Below, one piece after another: positions 24,877-32,000 of a stretch of 32,000 nt of DNA. The DNA comes from Geotalea uraniireducens Rf4. GTDB lineage: Bacteria > Desulfobacterota > Desulfuromonadia > Geobacterales > Geobacteraceae. The notes beneath the pieces were generated by a model. It did not search any database and had not been told where the DNA came from. It saw only the letters and a program-made list of their open reading frames with translations. Position 1 is the first letter of the stretch. The number at the start of each line of letters is the position of its first letter. The stretch is from positions 1,140,001 to 1,172,000 of the forward strand of contig NC_009483.1 of the NCBI RefSeq assembly GCF_000016745.1. Reading direction: 5' to 3'. The position numbers and the translations under genes are program-made.

Positions 24877-26784
24877 ATGGAACGCTGGTCAATCAACGAC
24901 TCCGCAAAGATTTACAACCTCAACAACTGGGGCGCCGATCTTTTTTCTATCAACAAAAAAGGGAACGTTTGCGTCCACCCTTCGTCCAATTCGAAGCACT
25001 CCATCGACCTTCGGGCTCTGGTTGACGATCTGATCAAGCGGAAGATCAAGCCCCCCATTCTCCTCCGCTTCATGGACGTTCTGCAGGGGCGGATCGCCTC
25101 CATCAATCGCGTTTTCAAGAATGCCATCCAGGAGAACAATTACCCTGCCAAATACCAGACGTTCTACCCCATCAAGGTGAACCAGCAACGGCAGGTGGTG
25201 GAGGCGATCGCCAACTTCGGCAAGCGCTACAACATCGGCCTGGAGGTCGGTTCCAAGCCGGAACTGGTGGCCGGGATTTCCTTCGCAACCGGGAACAACC
25301 TCCCCATCATCTGTAACGGCTACAAGGATACCGAATACATCGAGATGGTCCTTTCCGCCACCAAGATCGGCTACGACATAACCCTTGTCGTCGAGAAGCT
25401 GTTCGAGCTGGAAAAGATCATCGAACTGGTCAAGAAGACGGGTGTTCAGCCGAAACTGGGGATCCGGGTGAAGCTCTCTTCCAAGGGGATCGGGAAATGG
25501 GCCACTTCCGGTGGCGAAGACGCCAAGTTCGGCCTGCGGATGTCGGAAATCATCGCCGCCATCGAGATGCTGGAAAAGCACGATCTCATCAAATGCGTGA
25601 AGCTACTCCATTTTCATATCGGCAGCCAGATCACGAAAATCGACAAGATCAAGACCGCCCTTATCGAAGGGGCCCGGATCTACGCCGAGATGAGGAAACT
25701 GGGGGTCGGCATCGAATATCTGGATATCGGCGGCGGCCTGGGGGTCGATTACGACGGCTCCAAATCCAGCAATTTCTCCAGCGTCAACTATTCCATCGAA
25801 GAATACGCCAACGACGTCATCTATCAGATCAAGAACATCTGTGAAGACGCCGGGGTGGAGTGCCCCAACATCATCTCCGAATCGGGGCGGGCCACGGTCG
25901 CCCACTACTCGGTGCTGGTGACCAACGTGCTCAACACCAACACACAGAACATCATGCCCGATTTCGAGGCGACCCTGAACGAGGCGGAAAAACTGGCCCC
26001 CACCGTCAAGAAGTTGGAGGACATCTACAAAAGCATCGACCGCTATTCGCTGCGGGAGGACTATCACGACACCCTCCAGCTGATTCAAGAAGCGGTCAGC
26101 CTCTTCAACCTGGGCTATCTGACGCTGAACGACCGGGCCATGGCCGAATGGCTCTACGGGAAGATCATTCGCAAGATCAACAGCATCGTGGAGAAGATCA
26201 AGCCGATTCCCGAAGAGTTGCAGAACTTTCAACTCTCGTTGCGGCAGACCTACTTTGCCAACTTTTCGCTGTTCCAGTCGGTTCCCGACTCCTGGGCCAT
26301 TGACCAGCTCTTCCCCATCGTCCCGATCCAGCGCCTGAACCAGAAGCCGGACGTGATCGCCTCCATCGCCGACATCACCTGCGATTCCGACGGAGAGATC
26401 ACCAGTTTCGTGGGGGAAAACGGCAGGACCAAATTCCTCCCGCTGCACAAGATCCGCAAAGACGAGGCTTACTACATCGGTTTCTTCCTGATCGGCGCTT
26501 ACCAGGAGATACTCGGTGACATGCACAACCTGTTCGGAGACACCAACGCCGTGCACATCACCTTCAACAAGAAGACCGGCTACATAATCGATACGGTCAT
26601 CAACGGCGACGCCACCTGGGAAAGCCTGAAATACGTCCAGTACAAGGGGCCGGAGATTCTGAAGCGGGTCCGCGACAACCTGGAAAAGGATGTGGCGCTA
26701 CGCAAGATCTCCATCGAAGAGAGCAGCCATTTCCTGGAGCTTTTGGACAGAACGCTATTGGGGTACACCTATCTGGGAGAGTGA
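24877..26784 (+). CDS. speA: biosynthetic arginine decarboxylase
   Basis: 635 aa. The N-terminus MERWSINDSAKIYNLNNWG..., the FYPIKVNQQ PLP-lysine motif and the overall length are typical of SpeA. Confidence 0.95.
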   Translation: MERWSINDSAKIYNLNNWGADLFSINKKGNVCVHPSSNSKHSIDLRALVDDLIKRKIKPPILLRFMDVLQGRIASINRVFKNAIQENNYPAKYQTFYPIKVNQQRQVVEAIANFGKRYNIGLEVGSKPELVAGISFATGNNLPIICNGYKDTEYIEMVLSATKIGYDITLVVEKLFELEKIIELVKKTGVQPKLGIRVKLSSKGIGKWATSGGEDAKFGLRMSEIIAAIEMLEKHDLIKCVKLLHFHIGSQITKIDKIKTALIEGARIYAEMRKLGVGIEYLDIGGGLGVDYDGSKSSNFSSVNYSIEEYANDVIYQIKNICEDAGVECPNIISESGRATVAHYSVLVTNVLNTNTQNIMPDFEATLNEAEKLAPTVKKLEDIYKSIDRYSLREDYHDTLQLIQEAVSLFNLGYLTLNDRAMAEWLYGKIIRKINSIVEKIKPIPEELQNFQLSLRQTYFANFSLFQSVPDSWAIDQLFPIVPIQRLNQKPDVIASIADITCDSDGEITSFVGENGRTKFLPLHKIRKDEAYYIGFFLIGAYQEILGDMHNLFGDTNAVHITFNKKTGYIIDTVINGDATWESLKYVQYKGPEILKRVRDNLEKDVALRKISIEESSHFLELLDRTLLGYTYLGE

Positions 26785-26791
26785 AAAGACT

Positions 26792-26875
26792 GTTCAACGT
26801 TCGAGGTTCGAGGTTCGACGTTGAAAACCACGTAGAACATAGAACGTCGAACATCGAACATCGAACATCGAACAT
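26792..26875. repeat. period-7 hairpin array (GTTCGAG arm versus CGAACAT arm)
   Basis: GTTCAAC GTTCGAG GTTCGAG GTTCGAC spans 26792..26819. AGAACAT AGAACGT then 4x CGAACAT span 26834..26875. GTTCGACGTT (26813..26822) is perfectly complementary to AACGTCGAAC (26843..26852), and flanking units match at 6 of 7 positions. Confidence 0.9.
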
Positions 26876-26880
26876 AAAAA

Positions 26881-26912
26881 AAGCGCGGACATTCATTGCC
26901 CGCGCTTTTTTT
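26881..26912 (+). terminator. rho-independent terminator after speA
   Basis: AAGCGCGG - 11-nt loop - CCGCGCTT followed by a T-run reaching 26912, with an A-tract upstream. It abuts the first ATG of the MFS ORF. Confidence 0.7.
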
Positions 26913-28127
26913 ATGGGTAAACTTGCGGAATCACGGGTTGAAACGGAGAAGCTATTGTTCAGCGGTATTACAGGCAATGTGTTGATACTGGGGATGGTAA
27001 GCTTTCTTACCGATGTTTCCAGCGAAATGATCTACCCGCTCCTGCCGCTCTTCCTGACCACGGTCCTCGGCGCCGGCCCCGCCTTTCTCGGCGTGATCGA
27101 GGGGGTGGCCGAATCGACCGCTTCGCTGTTGAAACTTTTTTCCGGGATAGCCTCCGACAGGGTAAGTGACCGCCAGAAGCTGGTGCTTTTCGGTTATACC
27201 GTTTCCGCATGTGCCCGGCCGCTCATAGCCCTGGCCGCGACACCTGCTTTCGTGCTGTTCGTCCGTTTCTTCGACCGGGTGGGGAAGGGGATACGGACCT
27301 CGCCGCGCGATGCCCTGATTGCCGATTCGGTCGACAGTTCCCTGCGGGGCAAGGCATTTGGTTTTCACCGCTCCATGGACCATGCGGGGGCCATTGTCGG
27401 TCCGCTGATTGCCACGCTCCTCCTCACTTTTTTCATCAAGGACATCCGGACCATTTTCTGGCTTGCCGCAATTCCCGGCTTGCTGGCCGTGTTGCTGATA
27501 ATTCTACGGGTTAGGGATGTTTCGCGGAAAAGAGGAGAAAACGGCGCTTTCATGCGCATGGTTCCCCGTGGAAAACTGAGAGCCTATCTCATTATTCTCT
27601 TTCTCTTCACCCTCGGCAATTCATCGGATGCGTTCCTTCTGCTCAAAGCGGGGCAACTCGGCGTTACTCCGGCCCGGATCCCGCTTCTCTGGATGTTCTT
27701 TCATCTGGTCAAAATGTTTTCCTCAATGCCTTTCGGCGCACTTTCAGACAGGATCGGCAGGCGCAGTATCATTGTCAGCGGCTGGTGCGTCTATGCGCTG
27801 GCGTACGCCGGTTTTTCCCTGGCTGCGACCGAGCTGCATGTCTGGCTTCTCTTCGCTTTCTACGGGCTGTTTTACGGGTTGACCGAAGGGGTGGAAAAAG
27901 CCTTGCTGGTCGATATCGCAGATCCCGGCGAGCGGGGCGGAGCGTTCGGCTGGTACAATTTTGCCATCGGGGCCGGCGCACTTCCCGCCAGTCTGATCTT
28001 CGGCATTATCTGGCAAAAAGCCGGATCGCAGGCAGCCTTTGCCTTTGGCGCTTTCCTTGCTATATTGGCCGCAATTTTATTGGCGTTCCTGATAAATACT
28101 AAAGAAAACCCTGGCAAACGCCGATAA
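26913..28127 (+). CDS. MFS transporter
   Basis: Polytopic, with MFS loop motifs (SDRVSDRQKL, GKGIRTSPRDALIAD, SDRIGRRS). The ORF-track start 26781 reads through the repeat and terminator and is rejected. ATG 26913 touches the terminator T-run, so TTG 26955 (GGAG 6 nt upstream) is an equally plausible start. Confidence 0.8.
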   Translation: MGKLAESRVETEKLLFSGITGNVLILGMVSFLTDVSSEMIYPLLPLFLTTVLGAGPAFLGVIEGVAESTASLLKLFSGIASDRVSDRQKLVLFGYTVSACARPLIALAATPAFVLFVRFFDRVGKGIRTSPRDALIADSVDSSLRGKAFGFHRSMDHAGAIVGPLIATLLLTFFIKDIRTIFWLAAIPGLLAVLLIILRVRDVSRKRGENGAFMRMVPRGKLRAYLIILFLFTLGNSSDAFLLLKAGQLGVTPARIPLLWMFFHLVKMFSSMPFGALSDRIGRRSIIVSGWCVYALAYAGFSLAATELHVWLLFAFYGLFYGLTEGVEKALLVDIADPGERGGAFGWYNFAIGAGALPASLIFGIIWQKAGSQAAFAFGAFLAILAAILLAFLINTKENPGKRR

Positions 28128-28157
28128 ATAAAACATTCAGGCCGCCGGAGGGAAAAC

Positions 28158-28583
28158 TTGACAGATCGATTAACAGAAAAAGCAGAAGAGAAGATCATGA
28201 CGGACTGTTGCCCATCAACCATCCTTGACCAGGCAGCGCTGGACAACATTCGTTCGTTGAACAACGACGCAGAGCCCGATGTATTGGGCAAGGTCGTGTG
28301 CATTTATCTGCGCAATTCACCACAACTCCTGCGTAGTCTCAGTGAAGCTGTAGCAAAATGCGATGCGCCGGTCATCGAACAAGCAGCGCATAGTTTGAAA
28401 TCAAGCAGCGCAATGCTCGGCGCAATGAAACTGGCGAACCTTCTCACGGAGCTTGAGGAGGTTGGCCACAATCATTCCGATGTAAATTCCTGCGAACTCG
28501 TGTCGGCCATAGAAGCGGAATTCATCCAGGTGTGCAAAGCGTTGAAGGCTGAATTGCAGGCTGCGTGTAGCGATGTTGAGTAG
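28158..28583 (+). CDS. histidine phosphotransfer (HPt) domain protein
   Basis: 141 aa with a TTG start 5 nt after GGAGGG (28147..28152). The HPt signature is AAHSLKSSSAMLGA. Confidence 0.8.
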   Translation: MTDRLTEKAEEKIMTDCCPSTILDQAALDNIRSLNNDAEPDVLGKVVCIYLRNSPQLLRSLSEAVAKCDAPVIEQAAHSLKSSSAMLGAMKLANLLTELEEVGHNHSDVNSCELVSAIEAEFIQVCKALKAELQAACSDVE

Positions 28584-28741
28584 TTCCGATCCGATTCTCC
28601 CCGCCTGGTTTTCCACCATTATCCTTCCGCAAAACTATAACTTTTCCTTAATCGTTGTTAAAAATTTAAACTTTTGTGGCAGTAATGTGGTCTTCTCGAA
28701 ATATTCGTTCAAGTTTTATTTTGTTATGTCGAAAAAGTATA

Positions 28742-28768
28742 AAAGTGAACAGTTTGAGTGTTCACTTT
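28742..28768. promoter_or_regulatory. perfect 10-bp inverted repeat AAAGTGAACA-N7-TGTTCACTTT (candidate operator)
   Basis: Read directly from the sequence. It lies in the AT-rich island upstream of the TetR / porin-cytochrome genes. The function is unassigned. Confidence 0.3.
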
Positions 28769-28802
28769 GTCAGTAATCATTGTGGCAGCAGATATATTGC
28801 AG

Positions 28803-28834
28803 GAGTCAATAAGCTGACGTCACCTAATTGACTC
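28803..28834. promoter_or_regulatory. nested palindrome GAGTCAAT-N16-ATTGACTC enclosing TGACGTCA
   Basis: Arms at 28803..28810 and 28827..28834 are exact complements. The centre holds the 8-bp palindrome TGACGTCA (28815..28822). Confidence 0.3.
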
Positions 28835-28978
28835 TGTGACAATTTTGAGTAAGCTCCGTTTATTCTTATAGTGCATTAAATAAATTAAACATTGCGTAAT
28901 CCGTTGTTTATATAGATGAATAATAAAAATAAACATATTTAATAAGTAAATATTCACACAATAATACATGTTTTCGAT

Positions 28979-28995
28979 TGGCAGGGATTGTGCTT
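28979..28995 (+). promoter_or_regulatory. candidate sigma54 (-24/-12) promoter upstream of the TetR gene
   Basis: TGGCAGGGATTGTGCTT has GG and GC at the canonical 12-nt offset and resembles the 19395 candidate (TGGC..GGATT.TGC). It is ~105 nt upstream of ATG 29102. Confidence 0.3.
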
Positions 28996-29101
28996 AAGTA
29001 ATAACGAATTAATTTTTTTTGTCATTCTTCAGTAAGTAAGCGCTTACCATAAATACAGCAGACGACACATTTGGCACATATATGCGGAGTTTTGGATCAA
29101 C

Positions 29102-29695
29102 ATGGATAAAGTCTCTTCCACGAACGACAATATTATTAAAGCTGCCTTGAAGCTCTTTTCCGAAAAGGGTTATCTCGGAGCAACAACAAGAGAAATTTCA
29201 AGGGAAGCAGGTGTTTCCGAAGTGACACTGTTTCGGCATTTCCCGGCAAAAGAAAAACTGTTGGAAGAGGTTATCGGCAAATATTCGTTCCTGCCTGCAT
29301 TGAAGGACCTCCTGTCTGAAATTCACGATCTGTCATACAGGGACGCATTGACCCTCATTGCTCAGCGGTTGCTTGACTTCCTCGTCATGCGAAAAGACTG
29401 GATACGCATCATGCATGCGGAGGTGCAAAGGTCACCTGAAAGCAAATTGCACGGTATTTTCCATGGACTCATGGAAGAGTTTTTCAATACGCTGGCTGTT
29501 TACTTCAGGACGATGCAGGAAAAAGGCGTGTTGACGGATTTTGACCCCACCTACGGAGCACGGGCATTCCACGGTATATTTTTCTGCTATTTCAATATGG
29601 AAGATGTGCTGAGACGCGATCGGTACAGAATTGCAGACCGGAACAAGGCGATCAGTGAGTTTGTGACCATTTTCGTTAAGGGAACAGAAAGGTGA
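29102..29695 (+). CDS. TetR/AcrR-family transcriptional regulator (OrfR-like position)
   Basis: 197 aa. The N-terminal HTH is FSEKGYLGATTREISREAGVSEVTLFRHFPAKEKL. It sits directly upstream of the porin-cytochrome genes. Confidence 0.9.
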   Translation: MDKVSSTNDNIIKAALKLFSEKGYLGATTREISREAGVSEVTLFRHFPAKEKLLEEVIGKYSFLPALKDLLSEIHDLSYRDALTLIAQRLLDFLVMRKDWIRIMHAEVQRSPESKLHGIFHGLMEEFFNTLAVYFRTMQEKGVLTDFDPTYGARAFHGIFFCYFNMEDVLRRDRYRIADRNKAISEFVTIFVKGTER

Positions 29696-29844
29696 CGATG
29701 TTAATCTTTGCAAATCCTGGGAAAGGAGAAAAATGCAGTCCTGAAACGGGCAAAATTGTGTTGGAGGAGGTGAAATCCTGATTACGAACGACTGTTGAAT
29801 TTTGATTGTGGTTGCATTTAATGTTTGGAAAGGAGGTTCATTTA

Positions 29845-31059
29845 ATGGGGATCAAAGGGTTATTACGATTGCTTCTGTTCATCTCCATGCTGACCGCTAC
29901 AACTAGCTGGGCGGCAGAGATACATGGCAGAAGTTCCACCCAGTTTCTCTCATTCAGCAATGAGTTGCTGGATGACAAGCGACAGATAGAATTAGCCGAA
30001 TATCTGCGCTTCTCCGTCACTAACATCGATAAGGCCGGGAAATTCTCCATCTACGGTTATGGCAGGGGGGCGCAGGACTTCACCAACGGTGAAGGGCTGA
30101 ATGGTCGCCTCTATTACCTTTATGGCGACTATCGCGATCTGTTCGACAAGGTCGACCTGAAAATAGGTCGCCAGTTTGTCAACCTCGCAGCAGGAAGCGC
30201 CATTATCGACGGCGCCCAGGTTGACCTGAAAAATATCGGCCCGGTAGCATTCACCGTATTGGGCGGCCGGGATGTCGTTTTCGGGCTGAACGGCGAGATC
30301 GGCGACGCCACCAACACGATTCTCGGCCTTGGCGCCTATCTGACCGGCTTCTCGAAGACCGATGCAGAAGTGAGCTGGTTCCGCAAATGGGACGGAGGCG
30401 ATGTGGCACGTGACATCATCGGGCTTGCGGCCAAGCAGTACCTGTTGAACAACGTCAAGGTCTACGGCAATGCCAGGTATGACATTACCGCGGAAACATT
30501 CAACGAGGTTCAGGGCGGGTTGAAATACTATCCGACATCGAACCTGATCTTTACCGGAGAGTACTACCAGAGCTACGCAACCTTCGACACCACGTCCATA
30601 TACTCTGTTTTTGCCGTCAACAAGTATAGTGAAGGGGTGTTCCGGGCCGATTACATCTTCAACGACATGGTGTCGGTCAATGCCGGCTACAATCGGCAGG
30701 GTTACGGAGAAGGTGCAGCTGCAAACGTTTATCACGCAGGAATCGGTGTTCGTCCCATCGAGCCCATCAAGCTGAATGTGGAATACGACAACCGAACCGG
30801 CTACTACGGCAGCACAAGCGGCGTATTGGCTGACGTGGCCTACGACATCAACAAGGCATCCCAGGTCGCAGGCGGCATCACCTATGACGTTTACCAGCGT
30901 GACGCGCTCACCGGCGACGAGATTGCTCGCAGATACTGGTTGGGCGGCAAATACAAGCTGGCCAGCAATATGGCAGTGTCCGGCCGCATCCAGGACGACG
31001 TCAATGCGCGTTTCAGCCGTAACGTCTCCGGGCGCGTGACGTTCGATTACGATTTCTAG
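29845..31059 (+). CDS. porin-like outer-membrane beta-barrel protein (OmbB-like)
   Basis: I prefer ATG 29845 (AAGGAGG at 29829..29835). Signal peptide MGIKGLLRLLLFISMLTATTSWA. Alternating aromatic/Gly-rich beta-strand pattern, with C-terminal ...VTFDYDF. Confidence 0.8.
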   Translation: MGIKGLLRLLLFISMLTATTSWAAEIHGRSSTQFLSFSNELLDDKRQIELAEYLRFSVTNIDKAGKFSIYGYGRGAQDFTNGEGLNGRLYYLYGDYRDLFDKVDLKIGRQFVNLAAGSAIIDGAQVDLKNIGPVAFTVLGGRDVVFGLNGEIGDATNTILGLGAYLTGFSKTDAEVSWFRKWDGGDVARDIIGLAAKQYLLNNVKVYGNARYDITAETFNEVQGGLKYYPTSNLIFTGEYYQSYATFDTTSIYSVFAVNKYSEGVFRADYIFNDMVSVNAGYNRQGYGEGAAANVYHAGIGVRPIEPIKLNVEYDNRTGYYGSTSGVLADVAYDINKASQVAGGITYDVYQRDALTGDEIARRYWLGGKYKLASNMAVSGRIQDDVNARFSRNVSGRVTFDYDF

Positions 31060-31074
31060 AAAGGGGGTGCTACT

Positions 31075-31776
31075 GTGAAGAAATTGTTGTTTGTTTGTAT
31101 GCTTCTGTTGATGTCTGCCTTGTATGTCACGCAGGCTACGGCTCAGAAACAGCCACACAAGGAATACGCCGAATCGAAGCTTTCCGAGTGCAACAGCTGC
31201 CACAAGGCTGAAGGTATAGCGCCCAACCATGACAGTGACTGGGTTCGCAGCCACCGTTCCTTGGCAAGCAAGGCGGGTAACAACTGCGCCGAGTGCCATA
31301 ATCAGTCCTTCTGTCTCGATTGTCACAAGGGGGGCGGAATAAATGCCGATCTTTCCACGGCCACCTTCGGGCGGGACTATATTCCCAAAAGCCACCGGAG
31401 CGATTTTGTCACCATCCATCCGATCAAGGCCCTGGACAATCCGCAGACCTGTTACCGTTGCCATGACCAGAAATACTGCACCGCGTGCCATGACCGTTTC
31501 CCGAAAGGAAAGCTGCGGATCAAGTCGCACCTGATGAGCGGTCCTGATCACCAGGTATACAGGTTTGCCGTAAACGAGCATGCAACCGAGGCGCGGAGGA
31601 ACCTGCAATCCTGCCAGACCTGCCATCCGGACGGGGATGTCTGCATCCAGTGCCATAGCGCAAAGACAAGCGGCGCCAATCCGCATCCGCGCAACTGGAA
31701 AGACATCAGCGGCAATTACAAGGATAAGGCGGGTACCAGGATTTGTCTTAAATGCCACCTGCCCGGAACTATTTAA
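31075..31776 (+). CDS. periplasmic octahaem c-type cytochrome (OmaB-like)
   Basis: 233 aa with a GTG start after AAGGGGG and a signal peptide. Eight CxxCH motifs: CNSCH, CAECH, CLDCH, CYRCH, CTACH, CQTCH, CIQCH, CLKCH. Confidence 0.9.
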   Translation: MKKLLFVCMLLLMSALYVTQATAQKQPHKEYAESKLSECNSCHKAEGIAPNHDSDWVRSHRSLASKAGNNCAECHNQSFCLDCHKGGGINADLSTATFGRDYIPKSHRSDFVTIHPIKALDNPQTCYRCHDQKYCTACHDRFPKGKLRIKSHLMSGPDHQVYRFAVNEHATEARRNLQSCQTCHPDGDVCIQCHSAKTSGANPHPRNWKDISGNYKDKAGTRICLKCHLPGTI

Positions 31777-31808
31777 TTGAGTCAACTACCAACGAAGGAG
31801 GATTCAGC

Positions 31809-32000
31809 ATGAGTAGAAAAGTATTCAAGTATTCAGCAGTGATTGCTTCGCTTCTGTTAACGGCAGTCTTCGCCGGCTGCGGCACCAGCAACAAGGAGGG
31901 GAGCGACCCATCAGCAGTGGCTGATGTGCCCAAGGTCTCCGAGTCCGCCTGTGCCCAGTGCCATGGGGCTTCCGTCGATCATGTGACAGGCGACAATATT
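31809..32000 (+). CDS. lipoprotein c-type cytochrome, N-terminal fragment (OmcB-like), runs off the window
   Basis: ATG 31809 follows GAAGGAGG. My translation is MSRKVFKYSAVIASLLLTAVFAGCGTSNKEG...SACAQCHGAS. It has the lipobox FAGC and a first CxxCH motif. It is absent from the ORF track because there is no stop in the window. Confidence 0.75.
   Translation, partial: MSRKVFKYSAVIASLLLTAVFAGCGTSNKEGSDPSAVADVPKVSESACAQCHGASVDHVTGDNI

Noticed and set aside
28573-28776. 67-aa ORF in the AT-rich island
   Set aside because: It overlaps the end of the HPt gene, has a low-complexity AT-driven composition (Phe/Asn/Lys/Ser) and has no SD.
3443-28822. The 8-bp palindrome TGACGTCA occurs three times (3443..3450, 9465..9472, 28815..28822), always in gene-start or intergenic DNA
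   Set aside because: Only about 0.5 occurrences are expected by chance, so this is mildly enriched. Three hits without a shared wider context are too few to call a regulon site, and the shared 11-mer TGACGTCACCT at two of them is within chance for a 32-kb window.
29072-29086. TTGGCACATATATGC as a sigma54 promoter just upstream of the TetR gene
   Set aside because: The GG-to-GC offset is 11 nt instead of the required 12, so the -12 element is out of register.
29992-31785. 597-aa ORF on the minus strand
   Set aside because: It is antisense to the porin-like and octahaem cytochrome genes, which have signal peptides, SD sites and CxxCH motifs. No motifs are recognisable in the antisense product.

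Overview
This 32-kb chromosomal window looks like a Geobacter-type (Desulfuromonadales) genome. The coding DNA is G+C-rich, there are many signalling genes, and the right end carries a TetR + porin-like OMP + octahaem periplasmic cytochrome + lipoprotein cytochrome cluster. I make 29 protein-coding calls, two of them weak. Left to right they are: a DAC-like hypothetical, cheD, a PRTase/dienelactone-hydrolase pair, a 976-aa peptidase/beta-propeller/Omp85-barrel outer-membrane protein, a rhomboid protease, a PAP2 phosphatase, a receiver protein that is the stump of a hybrid histidine kinase, tkt, truD, a DUF4212 + Na/solute symporter + DUF294-like + TIM-barrel + polysaccharide deacetylase + Cys-rich peptide + MshEN-REC run, proC, an XRE-cupin-regulated spermidine operon (carboxyspermidine dehydrogenase, nspC, speA), an MFS transporter, an HPt protein and the porin-cytochrome cluster. 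I saw no rRNA, tRNA, CRISPR, transposase, integrase or recognisable defence genes, and I did not find a convincing novel multi-gene system. What stands out is non-coding. (1) Four tandem heptanucleotide arrays and one octanucleotide array fold into long imperfect hairpins. Their unit sequences are unrelated, and the four heptad arrays sit right behind stop codons. (2) An exactly 34-bp-periodic array of four AAGTTTA-N7-TAAACTT palindromes lies between a near-consensus sigma70 promoter and the start of the polyamine regulator. (3) A 163-bp MITE-like palindrome has a solo copy of its arm overlapping another gene's stop codon. (4) G/C-run hairpin clusters fill the other intercistronic gaps of the polyamine operon. 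All domain calls come from motif recognition by eye; no searches were run.
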